The notes below the pieces were generated by a model that was not told the DNA's origin, did not search any database, and was given only the letters and a program-made list of their open reading frames with translations. Shown here in pieces: positions 31,444 through 41,704 of a stretch of 64,000 nucleotides of DNA. Position 1 is the first letter of the stretch. Each line of letters opens with the position of its first letter. Position numbers and translations under genes: made by a program. Source of the stretch: Candidatus Eiseniibacteriota bacterium (GTDB taxonomy: Bacteria > Eisenbacteria > RBG-16-71-46 > CAVPCR01); the NCBI GenBank assembly GCA_963823555.1, contig CAWGMA010000004.1, forward strand, positions 224,001 through 288,000, in the 5' to 3' direction.

Positions 31444-32511
31444 CTAGACGTGTGCGATGTAGTAGTTGTTCTGGATGTCGTGCGGCAGGGTGTGCACCAT
31501 GACCTCTCCGAACCCGGCTTCGCGCAGCATGGCGAGCGCGGTTTCCTGGCCCCACATGGCGCCGAGGCCGGCGCCATCCTGGGCCAGGGACACCGACATG
31601 CAATGCAGGCAGGACACGGTGTAGAGGAGCGCGCCGAGCGGGTGCTCCAGATTCTCGTGCACGTGGCTCGATCCGGCGATGTCCTGCATCAGGAACGTGC
31701 CGCCGGGACGCAACGCCTTCCGGATCGCAGCCAGGACTCGTGCGGGAGCCTTCTGGTCGTGGATGGCGTCGAATGCGGTGACGAGATCGTAGCAGGAGCG
31801 CTCGGTGAAGGTCGTCATGTCCCGCTGCTCGAAGCGGAGATTGGTGATGCCGTGTCGGGCCGCCTCGGCCCGCCCCGCAGCCAGCGCCTCGGCCGAGAGG
31901 TCGATCCCGAAGAAACGACTGCGGGGGAAGGTGCGGGCCATGAGGTTCAAGGCCCGCCCCCGCCCGCAGCCGACATCGAGGACATCGATGCCCCGGCCGA
32001 GCGCTTCCTGCACGCCGGGTGCCAGCGGCAGGATCTGGTCGATGAGCGCCGGCAGGACCGATTGCCCGCTGTCCTCCGCCATCACCTCGTGGAAGCGGGG
32101 ATAGGCCTCATAGGGAACGCCACCGCCGTGCTTGAAACACTCGAGGATGCGATCCTCGACGCTGGCGAGAATGGGGATGTACTGGGCGAACACGGCCATG
32201 TTGTCGGCTCCCCCTTCGCGTGTGAGGAAGGGGGAGTGCTCGCGCGGGAGCTGGAAGTGCGTTCCCGTCGCATCGCAATCGATGATACCTCCGACCACCA
32301 TGGCACCCAGCCACTCGCGCACGTAGCGCTCGTTGAGTCCCGCGGCCGCAGCGATCTGCGGGCTGGTTGCCGGCGGCAGGGTGGAGAGGACATCGAAGAG
32401 GCCCGCGCGGTGTCCGATCGAGGTCATCAGGGAGAGGGCGCCTCCGTTCATGATGTCGAGCAGGCGCTCGGCAAAGGCTTCGCCGCGGTTCATGTCGGGT
32501 CGGGCTTCCAT
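31444..32511 (-). CDS. Class I SAM methyltransferase with N-terminal winged helix (Rv2258c-like)
   Basis: IGHRAGLF, GLNERYVREWL, GGVPY, VLDVGCGRG, FDAIHD, LRPGG, C..VSLAQ.G.GLG. Confidence 0.9.
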   Translation of the reverse strand: MEARPDMNRGEAFAERLLDIMNGGALSLMTSIGHRAGLFDVLSTLPPATSPQIAAAAGLNERYVREWLGAMVVGGIIDCDATGTHFQLPREHSPFLTREGGADNMAVFAQYIPILASVEDRILECFKHGGGVPYEAYPRFHEVMAEDSGQSVLPALIDQILPLAPGVQEALGRGIDVLDVGCGRGRALNLMARTFPRSRFFGIDLSAEALAAGRAEAARHGITNLRFEQRDMTTFTERSCYDLVTAFDAIHDQKAPARVLAAIRKALRPGGTFLMQDIAGSSHVHENLEHPLGALLYTVSCLHCMSVSLAQDGAGLGAMWGQETALAMLREAGFGEVMVHTLPHDIQNNYYIAHV

Positions 32512-32704
32512 GGGTGTCTCCTTTCAGGCCGAAAACGAGTCGAGGTGACGTGGATCACGTATCGACCTCAAGGTAGGCCAGGAACCGGGCATCAACCATT
32601 CGGCGAACTACCGTATCGGGGCGCGCGAGATACCGTAGGCCGCGCCCCGCCGTGGCTGCGCAGGCCGGATAGCTGATTGTCTCGAAAGAGCTTGGGCGTG
32701 TCCG

Positions 32705-35608
32705 TCAGGAGATGACGCCGAGGTCCCGGGCCTTGCCGACCGCCTCGGTGCGGCTGCGGCAATCGAGCCGGTCGAGAACGTGGCCGACATGCATGTCGAC
32801 CGTGCGCGGGCTCAAGTACAAGCGGTCCGCGATCTCCTTGTTGGAGAGGCCGGTGGACATGAGTTCGAGGATTTCCACCTGCCGGCGCGTGAGCCCACCC
32901 CTCGTCTCGCGGGCTCGTGCCTCGGGATGCCGCCCTTCCTCGACCCGCTCGCCGAGTTCCTCGAGCTCCCGGGCGATTCGCGCTGCCAGCGGGCGAGCCC
33001 CGAGCTTCCGGGCCAGGTGGTAGGCGCTCGTCAGGTGCCGCACGGCCTCCTTCCCGTCCCCTGCCCGTCGCTTCGCCACGCCGGTGCGGTAGAGGGCCAG
33101 TGACTGCTCGAGCGGTGCATCGAGTTTCTCCATGTGGAGGATGGCAATATCGAACTGCTTGCCAGCCTCCGCCGGCTTCTTCTCGAGCAAGGTCACCTCG
33201 CCGAGGGCGTAGGCGAGCCCGGCCAGGGCCTCGGGGTTCCCGGTCGCGGCGGCGATCGACGCCAGTTCCTCGGCACAGGTCGCCGTCATGCGCTCGTCAC
33301 CGCGTTCGGCGAAGAACGTGGCAGCCCAGCACAACCAGGGAATGATGTCGTGACGATCCTCGGTCTGGCGCCAGCGCTCGATGAGCTGCCGGTAGCCGCT
33401 CTCCGCCGCGGCGGCATCACCCTCGTTCTCGCTGACGATGGCGAGGCCGTAGAGGGCGCACAGCTCCATCGCCGTGAGCTCCTGCCGGCGCGAAATATCG
33501 AGGGACGATTGCAGCAATCGCCGGGCCTGCTTCACTTCTCCACGCTGGGCGCGCACCAACCCGGAGACGCCATCGGCGATGCCGCGGGCCCCGGGTGGCG
33601 CCTCCTCGGGGGCCAGGATCTCGCGACACACCTCGAGCGTGCGCTTCCATTCACCGGTGCGGTAGACGATGTAGGACAGGCAGCCGAGACAGGTTTGCGC
33701 CGCGGTATCGACACCCTGCGTGCGGCAGTAGTCGAACGCCGTGAAATAGGCGTCGCGGGCTCCGGCATAGTTGGAGCCGAATTCGAGCACGCTCCCCAGC
33801 CGGCGATAGACCTCTGCGGCCGCCTCGGTGAGGCGGTGCTCGAGCGCAAGCGAGAGGCCGGCATTCACGAGATTCCGCCCAGCATCGAATTCGCCCTGCA
33901 TCGCCTTCAAGTTGCCCTCGAGGCCGAGCGCGCGAGCCTTGATATCCCAGCGCTGCGTCTTCTCGGCAAGGATGACGGCGGTGCGGACCGCATCGAGTGC
34001 GGAGTCGTAGAGAAGCGCGGCCGTGTAGCGGCCGCCGAGCGCGAGCCACTCCAGGGCTTCCTCGGCGGGCTGACCGGCCTCCGCAAACGCCTTCGCCGCG
34101 GCGCGCCGCACCTGGACCGACTGCTCCCAGGCGCCTTCGAGCTGGTGCACCGTGGCGAGCGAACGCAGAGCCTCCGCCCGGCGCGCGGGGTCGGCAGCGA
34201 GCGACGGATGATCGGCCATCTCGCGCAGTGCCCGCACCGCATCGCCGAGCTGGCCGCTCACCTGGGCGCAGTGGGCGAGCTGGGCGAGCGCATCGAGGCG
34301 GGCTTCGATCTCCTCATCGTCGGGCCATACCTCGAGCGCGCGGCCAGCCGCCCGGGCGGCGTCGCGGTAGGCGTGGAGCTTGCACGAACGCTCGGCCGAT
34401 GCGAGGAGCGCCCGCCGGGCGGGAGCATCCTCACGGGCCTCGAGCCAGTGCTCGGCCACGATCTCCGGGGACAGGCCGGCGCTCTCGGCCGCCGCCGCGA
34501 TGCTCCGATGCAAGGCTCGACGCCGCGACCAGGTGATCTCGCCGCGAACCGCCTCGCGCATGATGGCGTGCCGAAACGCCCCGCGCCCGGGCTCGGGCTC
34601 GGCGACGAGCGAGCTGGCAAAGAGCTCATCGAGGCCCTGCTCGCCGCCCGCGAGGCGACACACCATCTCCAGATCGAACTCCGTGCCGGCAACGGCCGCC
34701 ACCTCGATCAGCCGGCGGGCATCCTCTGAAAGTCCGTCGAGCTTGAGGAGCACCGCATCGCGAATGCTCTCCGGAATGGGAACGCTGTCGCCGGGAACGA
34801 CGGCGATCCGGTCGCCCTCGGGTCTGAGGCGGCGTCGGGAAATGAGGGCGCTCGTGAGCTCCTCGATGTAGAGCGGGAAGCCCTGCGTCTGCGCGTGAAT
34901 CAGATCCGCCAGCTCGGCGGTTGGCTCGGCGTTCAAGAGCCGCGTCACCAGGGAGCGCGTTTGATCTGGATCGAGGGGGCCAACCGGGACTTCTCGCCAG
35001 CGCCGAGCCCGCCTGAGCGAGTGGCGCAGGCGGCGCAGTGGGTGGTCGCGTCCGATCCCGTCGGTGTGGTAGGTCGCGAGGATGATGAGGCGTTCTGTAC
35101 CGAGCCGATCGTCGAGCTCAGGAAGCAGCTCGAGGGTCGCATGGTCCGCCCATTGCAGATCGTCGAGGAAGACCGCGGTCGGATGCCGCCTCGTCTTCGC
35201 CGCCAGGGCGCCGGCGATGGCTTCGATCAAGGTACCGGGTGAAGCGCTGGGTGGAGCGTCACCCATCTCGGGCATGAGGACCGCGAGGTGGGAGGCCAGG
35301 GGACCACACTCGTCCGCCAGATCCGGGTTGGAACGCAAGCAGGCGCGAAGGGCCGTGGCCATGGGGCCATAGGCGGGGGTCGCGTCCTCGCGCGCGCGGC
35401 CTGCGAGCACGGCGAAGTCGCTCCGGGCCAGGGCCTCCTCGGCGAGTCGGGTGAGTCCGACACCACCCTCTCCGGACACGAACACGAGGCCGCCCTCGCC
35501 CTTCCGGGCGAGCGCCAGAGCCTGCGTCAGCTTGGTGAGCTCACGATCGCGACCGATGAGGGGGGAAGGCATGCTCCGAGCCCGGGATGCGTTCTGCTTC
35601 GGCGCCAT
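32705..35608 (-). CDS. AAA-ATPase/TPR/LuxR-HTH transcriptional regulator (LAL/MalT-like)
   Basis: LIGRDREL, P-loop-like GEGGVGLT, LDDLQWAD, FRH; C-terminal LTRRQVEIL...GLSNKEIA.RLYLSPRTV..HV. Confidence 0.9.
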   Translation of the reverse strand: MAPKQNASRARSMPSPLIGRDRELTKLTQALALARKGEGGLVFVSGEGGVGLTRLAEEALARSDFAVLAGRAREDATPAYGPMATALRACLRSNPDLADECGPLASHLAVLMPEMGDAPPSASPGTLIEAIAGALAAKTRRHPTAVFLDDLQWADHATLELLPELDDRLGTERLIILATYHTDGIGRDHPLRRLRHSLRRARRWREVPVGPLDPDQTRSLVTRLLNAEPTAELADLIHAQTQGFPLYIEELTSALISRRRLRPEGDRIAVVPGDSVPIPESIRDAVLLKLDGLSEDARRLIEVAAVAGTEFDLEMVCRLAGGEQGLDELFASSLVAEPEPGRGAFRHAIMREAVRGEITWSRRRALHRSIAAAAESAGLSPEIVAEHWLEAREDAPARRALLASAERSCKLHAYRDAARAAGRALEVWPDDEEIEARLDALAQLAHCAQVSGQLGDAVRALREMADHPSLAADPARRAEALRSLATVHQLEGAWEQSVQVRRAAAKAFAEAGQPAEEALEWLALGGRYTAALLYDSALDAVRTAVILAEKTQRWDIKARALGLEGNLKAMQGEFDAGRNLVNAGLSLALEHRLTEAAAEVYRRLGSVLEFGSNYAGARDAYFTAFDYCRTQGVDTAAQTCLGCLSYIVYRTGEWKRTLEVCREILAPEEAPPGARGIADGVSGLVRAQRGEVKQARRLLQSSLDISRRQELTAMELCALYGLAIVSENEGDAAAAESGYRQLIERWRQTEDRHDIIPWLCWAATFFAERGDERMTATCAEELASIAAATGNPEALAGLAYALGEVTLLEKKPAEAGKQFDIAILHMEKLDAPLEQSLALYRTGVAKRRAGDGKEAVRHLTSAYHLARKLGARPLAARIARELEELGERVEEGRHPEARARETRGGLTRRQVEILELMSTGLSNKEIADRLYLSPRTVDMHVGHVLDRLDCRSRTEAVGKARDLGVIS

Positions 35609-35679
35609 GAAGCCCGAGGATACCCTGCTCCCTGCAACACGGCAAACGGCTGCCGCGGGCCACAGCAAACGGCCGGGGG

Positions 35680-38292
35680 CTAGCGGACGAGGACGACCTT
35701 CCTCGTCATCGACTCGGCACCGACCTGGAGCTGGCAGAGATACACACCGGAGTCGAGCGGGCGCCCGGCGTGATCGCGGCCATCCCATTCGACACTCCCG
35801 ATGCCGGCATCGAGCAGAGCATCGAGCACGAGCCGCACCATCCGGCCCTTGCTGTCATAGATGCGCACGACGACGCGCGCCGGTGCCGGGAGCTCGAAGT
35901 CGATCGTCGTCCGTGGGTTGAATGGGTTCGGGCGATTCGGGTGGAGGGCGACACGAGCCGGGACGGGGTTCGTGACCGTGATCGCGCCCAGGGCGAAGGA
36001 CTCGCTCGTCCCTTGCCGATCGATCGCTTCGAGCCGGTACTCGTACCGGTTTCCGGATTCCACCATCGTATCGGTGTGCTCGTATTCCCCACCAGCCGCG
36101 GCGGCCGGCACCATCTCGCCCGTGATGCGCATGAAATGACTCGCGCCGGTCTCCCGGCGATGGAGATGGAATCCGGCGTGGCCCACCTCGAATGCGGTCT
36201 TCCAGCGCACGACCACGGCCGTGCCGGATTGAGCCAGGGCAAACGACTCGAGTTCGACCGCCTGCGGGGGCCCGATCTCGACCGTCGTCGAGGCCGTGTT
36301 CTGTGCCTGCATGTCATCGATGACGAGGAGCGTGACCGTGTAGGTGCCCTCAGCCGCGTAGGCCTGATAACCCATCGGCCCGTTGCCGACCCCGCCGTTG
36401 CCGAAGTCCCAGATGTAGCTCGTGATCGTCCCGTCAGGATCGTGCGATGCAGTGCCGTCGAAGGTCATGAGGCGGCCGATCTCTCCTGCGTACGGGCCGC
36501 CCGGATCGGCGATGGGAGCCTGGTTGGCGGGCACCCCGACCAGCACCGCCTCCCAGGCGAGCGTCACCTGGGCCGCGAAGTCCCCGGATGGATCGAGATC
36601 CTCGGCCGCTGCGATGCTTCCTGCCTTGCCGTCTTCCATGTCCGAGGTCTCGGTCCAGTAGAAGCGGTTGGCGCGATGCAGGATCTTGAACGCCGAGTCG
36701 ATGCCGATCCCGGTCACGGTGCGACCGTTCAGGGTGCCGCCCGCCGAGAGCAGGTGGAACATCTTGTTGGGAACGCCGCTGTTGGTATGCACGCCGCAGA
36801 AGTCGTTGAGCTCGCCCGGGACGCAGTTTTCGACCGGAATCCATCCCGAGCATCGGTAGCAGTCGGGGTCGCCGAAGGCCCGGGGATTCGCCATGTCGCG
36901 GAATCCCGTGCCATTGAAACCCTCTCCGATGCGCCAGCTCGGTGTGCCGCGGGCGGCGAGGAGACGAGCTCCGATCATGTCCGAGTACGACTCGTTGAGG
37001 GCTCCGGACTCCTTCTCATAGACGAGATTCGACGTGTGTTCGGTGACCGCATGGCCCCATTCGTGAGCCACGATGTCGAGGCTGCCCGACATCGGGTTGA
37101 ACTGGGCGGAGACCGTACAGTAACTCACCTGGGTTCCATCCCAGTAGGCGTTGTTCTGGCATGCAGCATCAGCCACCGTGCTGACGAGGGAGCCGCCACC
37201 GCCGTCGAACCCGTTGATCTCGACGTGACCGAGGAGGAAGTCGTAGACCATCGCGGCGTAGACATGGGCATCGACAGCCGGCGCCTGGTCGGGACGGCCC
37301 CAGATGTTGTCCTCGTCCGTCATCAGCATGCCCGGCAGGCCGTCGGAATAGAGATAGGTCCGGATCGTCGACGTGTCCGGCATGGCCCCATGGTGTCCGT
37401 GCACATCGTTGTTTGCCTGCCGGGTCGTGTCCTCCATGCGATAGACGCTGTCATCGAAATAAGTGTCGATGTGAGATTGCTCGTTTCCCAGCACGCCGAG
37501 GCCGATTCCGATCGCGGGACCGGCCGTGGCCCCGGCCGCCGGCAACGCCTCGTACGTGATGCGATTGACCTTGTGGAACAACTCGCCGGTCGAAGCGTCG
37601 ACGAAGACCTCCCAGCGTCCCGGGGGAGCCAGGACCCGGCCGCGGACGAGCCAGGCCAGATGATCATGGCCCTGGAAGCGGACGACAACGAGCTCGGCGC
37701 GCGCGGCGCCGGGCTCGGTGCCGATCTCCGCCGCTGCCTCGCTCTCGGCCGCGGCCGCTGAGATCGCCGGCATCGTGTCGAGCGCGAGGCCGGGAACCAC
37801 CTCGCCGTTGAGGACGCGGAGAACCGCATCGCCGCTGAAGTGGGCGCGGAGGTCGCCATGCAGGACCGGGATGCCGCGATGGTACTGGCGAAGTCGCAGG
37901 TGCGTCATCCCGAGCTGATCGCGCTCGATCGCTGCCACGCGGAACTCGCTCGCCGCGGGGTCGAGGCCGAAGGCGGCGGCATGCAACTCGAGAAAGCGGC
38001 GGACCACCCCCGCATAGTCGTCGCCCGCGACCGGGGTGGACAGGGTGCCGGCGATGAAGTCCGGAATTCCTGCCTCTCCCATCTTGAGGCGATCAATGGG
38101 GTGTAGCGCCGCGATCTTCGCCAAGGCCTGGGCGCGAGCCCCGAGGGAGGCCTCGCCGCCGGCGGAGTCCGGAGGGGCAGGAGGCAGCTCGCCGTCGGCG
38201 GTCCCAACTGCGAAGAGGCCCCCCGCGAGAAGGCAGAGGACCACGAGCGGCACCCGCGGGTGCCGCGGAAAGGCGTTCGACCGGCCCAACAT
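35680..38292 (-). CDS. Secreted M4 (thermolysin-like) metallopeptidase with PKD and FlgD-Ig C-terminal domains
   Basis: Signal peptide; FTP/PepSY propeptide; NNAYWDG, HEWGHAVT, GALNESYSD, GVHTNSGVPNK; PKD S.DPDG.I.SY.WDFG; NPFNP...WDGRD...SGVY tail. Confidence 0.93.
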   Translation of the reverse strand: MLGRSNAFPRHPRVPLVVLCLLAGGLFAVGTADGELPPAPPDSAGGEASLGARAQALAKIAALHPIDRLKMGEAGIPDFIAGTLSTPVAGDDYAGVVRRFLELHAAAFGLDPAASEFRVAAIERDQLGMTHLRLRQYHRGIPVLHGDLRAHFSGDAVLRVLNGEVVPGLALDTMPAISAAAAESEAAAEIGTEPGAARAELVVVRFQGHDHLAWLVRGRVLAPPGRWEVFVDASTGELFHKVNRITYEALPAAGATAGPAIGIGLGVLGNEQSHIDTYFDDSVYRMEDTTRQANNDVHGHHGAMPDTSTIRTYLYSDGLPGMLMTDEDNIWGRPDQAPAVDAHVYAAMVYDFLLGHVEINGFDGGGGSLVSTVADAACQNNAYWDGTQVSYCTVSAQFNPMSGSLDIVAHEWGHAVTEHTSNLVYEKESGALNESYSDMIGARLLAARGTPSWRIGEGFNGTGFRDMANPRAFGDPDCYRCSGWIPVENCVPGELNDFCGVHTNSGVPNKMFHLLSAGGTLNGRTVTGIGIDSAFKILHRANRFYWTETSDMEDGKAGSIAAAEDLDPSGDFAAQVTLAWEAVLVGVPANQAPIADPGGPYAGEIGRLMTFDGTASHDPDGTITSYIWDFGNGGVGNGPMGYQAYAAEGTYTVTLLVIDDMQAQNTASTTVEIGPPQAVELESFALAQSGTAVVVRWKTAFEVGHAGFHLHRRETGASHFMRITGEMVPAAAAGGEYEHTDTMVESGNRYEYRLEAIDRQGTSESFALGAITVTNPVPARVALHPNRPNPFNPRTTIDFELPAPARVVVRIYDSKGRMVRLVLDALLDAGIGSVEWDGRDHAGRPLDSGVYLCQLQVGAESMTRKVVLVR

Positions 38293-38374
38293 CGCGCACC
38301 TCCGTTCGTTCGGCGGCGCTGGGAGCAGCCCGAAGGAGGGGAGGAGTCGAGGATGACAAGAAGACCCACTGGTA

Positions 38375-38417
38375 GGAAACGGAAATCGGGGCGGCGATCA
38401 CCAGATCGCCGCCCCGA
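38375..38417 (-). terminator. Rho-independent terminator after the Mo-enzyme/DUF4412 genes
   Basis: Perfect 14-bp stem TCGGGGCGGCGATC/GATCGCCGCCCCGA (38386-38417) with 4-nt loop, followed by TTTCCGTTTCC on the minus strand. Confidence 0.75.
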
Positions 38418-38470
38418 AGCTGCAGGGACCTAGAATCAGCTACCGGGCTTCGCCCCGGCGCCCCTGCCGG

Positions 38471-39259
38471 TTATTTCCCGGACGGCGCTCCGCCCACGTT
38501 CTGCCCGATCTCATCGCCCACGAACTGGCCGGCCATGGCTCCGAGCGGGCCCCCGAGCATGCCGCCCATGGAGCTGCCCATCGCGCCGCCCATCATGCCG
38601 CCGGTCATCGATCCCATCATGCCGCCCATCCCCTTCGGCATGCTGGCCATCATCTGGTCGAGATCCATGACCTCGTAGCCCTTCGGCACCTCGAACAGCT
38701 CCGCCGGCTGCGGGCCGAACTGGTAGTTCTTGAAGTCGACGCGCGTGCCCTCCGATTCCATGCGCAGCGGCAGGTGCGTCTTGGCATCGATCCACATGAG
38801 CCCCGAGCCCTCTTCATACGTCACGCGGTACTTGTCGGCTTCCTTGCCGTCAATCGTCTCCTTGCCGAGGGACTCGATCTTCCCCTCCGGCGCTGCCGCA
38901 GCCTCCTCCTCGCTGCTCATCTTGTTCGCCATCTCCTCGGCGGCGGCGAGCGACTGCTTCATCGCCTTCTTCTGCTCTGGCATGAGTGTGATCATGGTGC
39001 GCCGCTCATCATCGAGCATGATCATGGCCACCTCGTTGCCATCGGCCGTCATGTCCATGCGCGATTTGGCGCCATCCACAGCGCGCTTCATGACCATGGT
39101 CTTGCCATCCTTGATGATGTGCATGTCGACGCTGTAGGCGGAGGGATATCCCTCGGGGCCGGGCGCCGGTTCGTTCGCCGAGCCGGGGAGCGCGGGACCC
39201 GACAGGATGAGAAGGGCCGACAGGCAGCCCACGAGTCCGGCGCGAGAGTCTCTGAACAT
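38471..39259 (-). CDS. Secreted DUF4412-like protein with Gly/Met-rich tail
   Basis: Signal peptide; LGKETIDGK..DKY, LMWID..T.LPLRM, LFEVPKGY; AAGGAGG RBS. Confidence 0.75.
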   Translation of the reverse strand: MFRDSRAGLVGCLSALLILSGPALPGSANEPAPGPEGYPSAYSVDMHIIKDGKTMVMKRAVDGAKSRMDMTADGNEVAMIMLDDERRTMITLMPEQKKAMKQSLAAAEEMANKMSSEEEAAAAPEGKIESLGKETIDGKEADKYRVTYEEGSGLMWIDAKTHLPLRMESEGTRVDFKNYQFGPQPAELFEVPKGYEVMDLDQMMASMPKGMGGMMGSMTGGMMGGAMGSSMGGMLGGPLGAMAGQFVGDEIGQNVGGAPSGK

Positions 39260-39295
39260 GGATGTAACCTCCTTAGGGTGGAGCCGCGCGGGTCG

Positions 39296-41704
39296 TTACC
39301 GCGCGGGGGTGGGGGCGGGACGGTGCGGCCTGGCGGCGGGTGTCGTGGACGCGTGCGCCGGGTCGGGAACCGGTGGCTTTCCCGGATGCCCGGCCTCATC
39401 GAGGGCCTTCACGATGCGGTCGGGTGTGATGGGGAGCTGGTAGAAGCGAACGCCGATCGCATCGTGGATCGCGTTGGCGACCGCGGGGAGGATCGGCAGG
39501 AGAGGGCCCTCGCCCGCTTCCTTGGCGCCGTAGGGACCCTCGGGATCGCTGGTCTCGACGAGGATGACCTCGACCTCGGGCATCTGCTTCGCGGACAGCG
39601 TACGGTAGTCGAGGAGGTTCGGGTTCTCGAGGTTGGCGCGGTTGAAGTCCATCGATTCGCAGAGCACCTGACCGAGCCCCATGTGGATGCAGCCTTCGAT
39701 CTGACCGGTGACGGCGAGCGGGTTGAGGGCACGCCCGCAGTCGTGGGCCGCCCACACCTTGTGCACGCGCACATCGCCGGTCTCGGGATCGACCTGGACC
39801 CGCGCCGCATAGGCCTGGAACGAATAGGAGGGGGATAGCCCGGCGGCGGCGCCCTTGTGCTTCCCGCCCATCGGGGGTGCGGCGGCGTAGGCGCCGCGCG
39901 CGATGAGCGCACCGGTTTTGGCCAGCGCTTCGGTCAGGGCTTCCATGTACGTGACCGCCACCGCCGGGTTGGGAGCGTAGATCACCTGCTCGTCCTTGAG
40001 CACGAAGCCCTCGGCGGGGTAGCCGGTCAAGCGCGCCGCAGCCGCCACGAGCTGCGCGCGGATCTCCTCGGCGGCCTTACGCGCGGCGTTTCCGGCCATG
40101 AAGGTGACGCGGCTCGAATAGGAGCCCAGGTCGATGGGGGCCAGGTCCGAATCCCGGGCGTAGATACGGATGCGGTCGAGCTTGACGCCGAGGGGCTCGG
40201 CGACGCACTGCGCGAGCATGGTGTCCGAGCCCTGGCCGATCTCGGCGGCCAGCGAATGCACGGTGATCCCGCCATCCATGTCGATCTTGAGATGGACTGT
40301 CGACTGCGGGAGCGTCGTCCAGTGGATGGGGAGGGCGGAGCCCGAGATATAGAACCCGCAGGCGATGCCGATCCCTTCGCCGTACGGTAACCGGCGGAAC
40401 GTCGAGTCCCAGTCGCTCGCCGCGCGCACGCGCTCCAGGCATTCGCGCGTACCGTTCGAGGTAATGCGGAATTCGTTCAGGGTCTTGGTGAACGGCGGAA
40501 GCAGGTTGTGGAGGCGGAGTTCGATCGGATCCCAGCCCGCGTCCTCGGCCAGCTGATCGATGAGGACTTCCATGGCGAACCGGGAGTTGACCGCCCCGTG
40601 CCCGCGCATGGCACCGCAGGGCGGCTTGTTGGTGTAGACGCGCCGCCCGGTGTAGTGGAAGTTCCGGATCCGGTACGGCCCCATGCAGAGGACGCCGTTG
40701 TAGTAGGTGGTCACGACGCCGAACGAGCCCCAGGCGCCGCCGTCGATCTTCGCGTCCAGCTCGAGCGCCGAGAGCTTCATCTCGGCATCGAGCGCGATCT
40801 TCATCTCGGTACGCGTCGGGTGCCGGCCATGGTTGGTGAGGAAGACCTCCTCGCGGTCGAAGAGGATCTTCACCGGGCGCCCGGCCCGCCGGGACAGGAG
40901 CGAGGCGATCATCTCGTGCGGGAAGGGATCCGACTTGCCGCCAAAGGCGCCGCCGACCATCGGGCGGATGACGCGGATCCGGTGCATCTCCATCGCCATC
41001 ACCTTGGCCAGGGCGCGATGCAGGTAGTGCGGCACCTGGGTGGCGGACCAGACATGGAGGCGGCCGTCGGCATCGTAGTGCGCGATCACGCAGTGCGGCT
41101 CGGTGAAGGCATGGCCGACGCCGGTGAAGCGGAACTGACCCTCGCGCACGAAAGCCGCCTCGCCGAAGGCGGCAGCGACGTCCCCGAAGTTCTGCTCGAC
41201 CACCTTCTGGACGTTGGTGCCGTCGAGTGTCTTGTCGTGGATGGGGTGAGACGTCGTCTTCATCCCCTCCTCGATCGAGAGAATGGCGGGAAGCTCCTCG
41301 TATTCGACGTCGATGGCGCGCACAGCCCGGAGCGCTGTCTCCTCGTCCTCGGCGGCCACCCCAGCCACGCAATCGCCGATGTAGCGTACGCGATCGATGG
41401 CGAGTGCGGTCTCATCCTCCGAGATGGGGAGAACACCGAATCGGGCATCGGACTCGGAACCGGTGACGACGGCACGCACACCGGGAATCGCTGCGGCGCG
41501 GGAGATGTCGATGTGCACGATGCGGCCGTAGGGGATCGGGCTGCGCAGGATCTTGCCGACGAGCATCCCCGGGAGCTTGAGGTCGTCCGTGTAGATGGCC
41601 TCGCCGGTCACCTTGCCGCGGGCGTCGACGAGCGGCACCGAGCGGCCGACGATCTGGGGGCTCTCGTCATGGAAGTGGGGGTGTCGCGTGCGGGGATCGC
41701 TCAA
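39296..41704 (-). CDS. Xanthine-oxidase-family molybdopterin-binding large subunit (4-hydroxybenzoyl-CoA reductase alpha-like)
   Basis: KVTG.A.YTDD, TQVPH, VGGAFGGK, GAMRGHG, EIGQG..T, DLGSYSSRVTF, GQIEG, GPYGAKEAGEG. Confidence 0.9.
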   Translation of the reverse strand: MSDPRTRHPHFHDESPQIVGRSVPLVDARGKVTGEAIYTDDLKLPGMLVGKILRSPIPYGRIVHIDISRAAAIPGVRAVVTGSESDARFGVLPISEDETALAIDRVRYIGDCVAGVAAEDEETALRAVRAIDVEYEELPAILSIEEGMKTTSHPIHDKTLDGTNVQKVVEQNFGDVAAAFGEAAFVREGQFRFTGVGHAFTEPHCVIAHYDADGRLHVWSATQVPHYLHRALAKVMAMEMHRIRVIRPMVGGAFGGKSDPFPHEMIASLLSRRAGRPVKILFDREEVFLTNHGRHPTRTEMKIALDAEMKLSALELDAKIDGGAWGSFGVVTTYYNGVLCMGPYRIRNFHYTGRRVYTNKPPCGAMRGHGAVNSRFAMEVLIDQLAEDAGWDPIELRLHNLLPPFTKTLNEFRITSNGTRECLERVRAASDWDSTFRRLPYGEGIGIACGFYISGSALPIHWTTLPQSTVHLKIDMDGGITVHSLAAEIGQGSDTMLAQCVAEPLGVKLDRIRIYARDSDLAPIDLGSYSSRVTFMAGNAARKAAEEIRAQLVAAAARLTGYPAEGFVLKDEQVIYAPNPAVAVTYMEALTEALAKTGALIARGAYAAAPPMGGKHKGAAAGLSPSYSFQAYAARVQVDPETGDVRVHKVWAAHDCGRALNPLAVTGQIEGCIHMGLGQVLCESMDFNRANLENPNLLDYRTLSAKQMPEVEVILVETSDPEGPYGAKEAGEGPLLPILPAVANAIHDAIGVRFYQLPITPDRIVKALDEAGHPGKPPVPDPAHASTTPAARPHRPAPTPAR

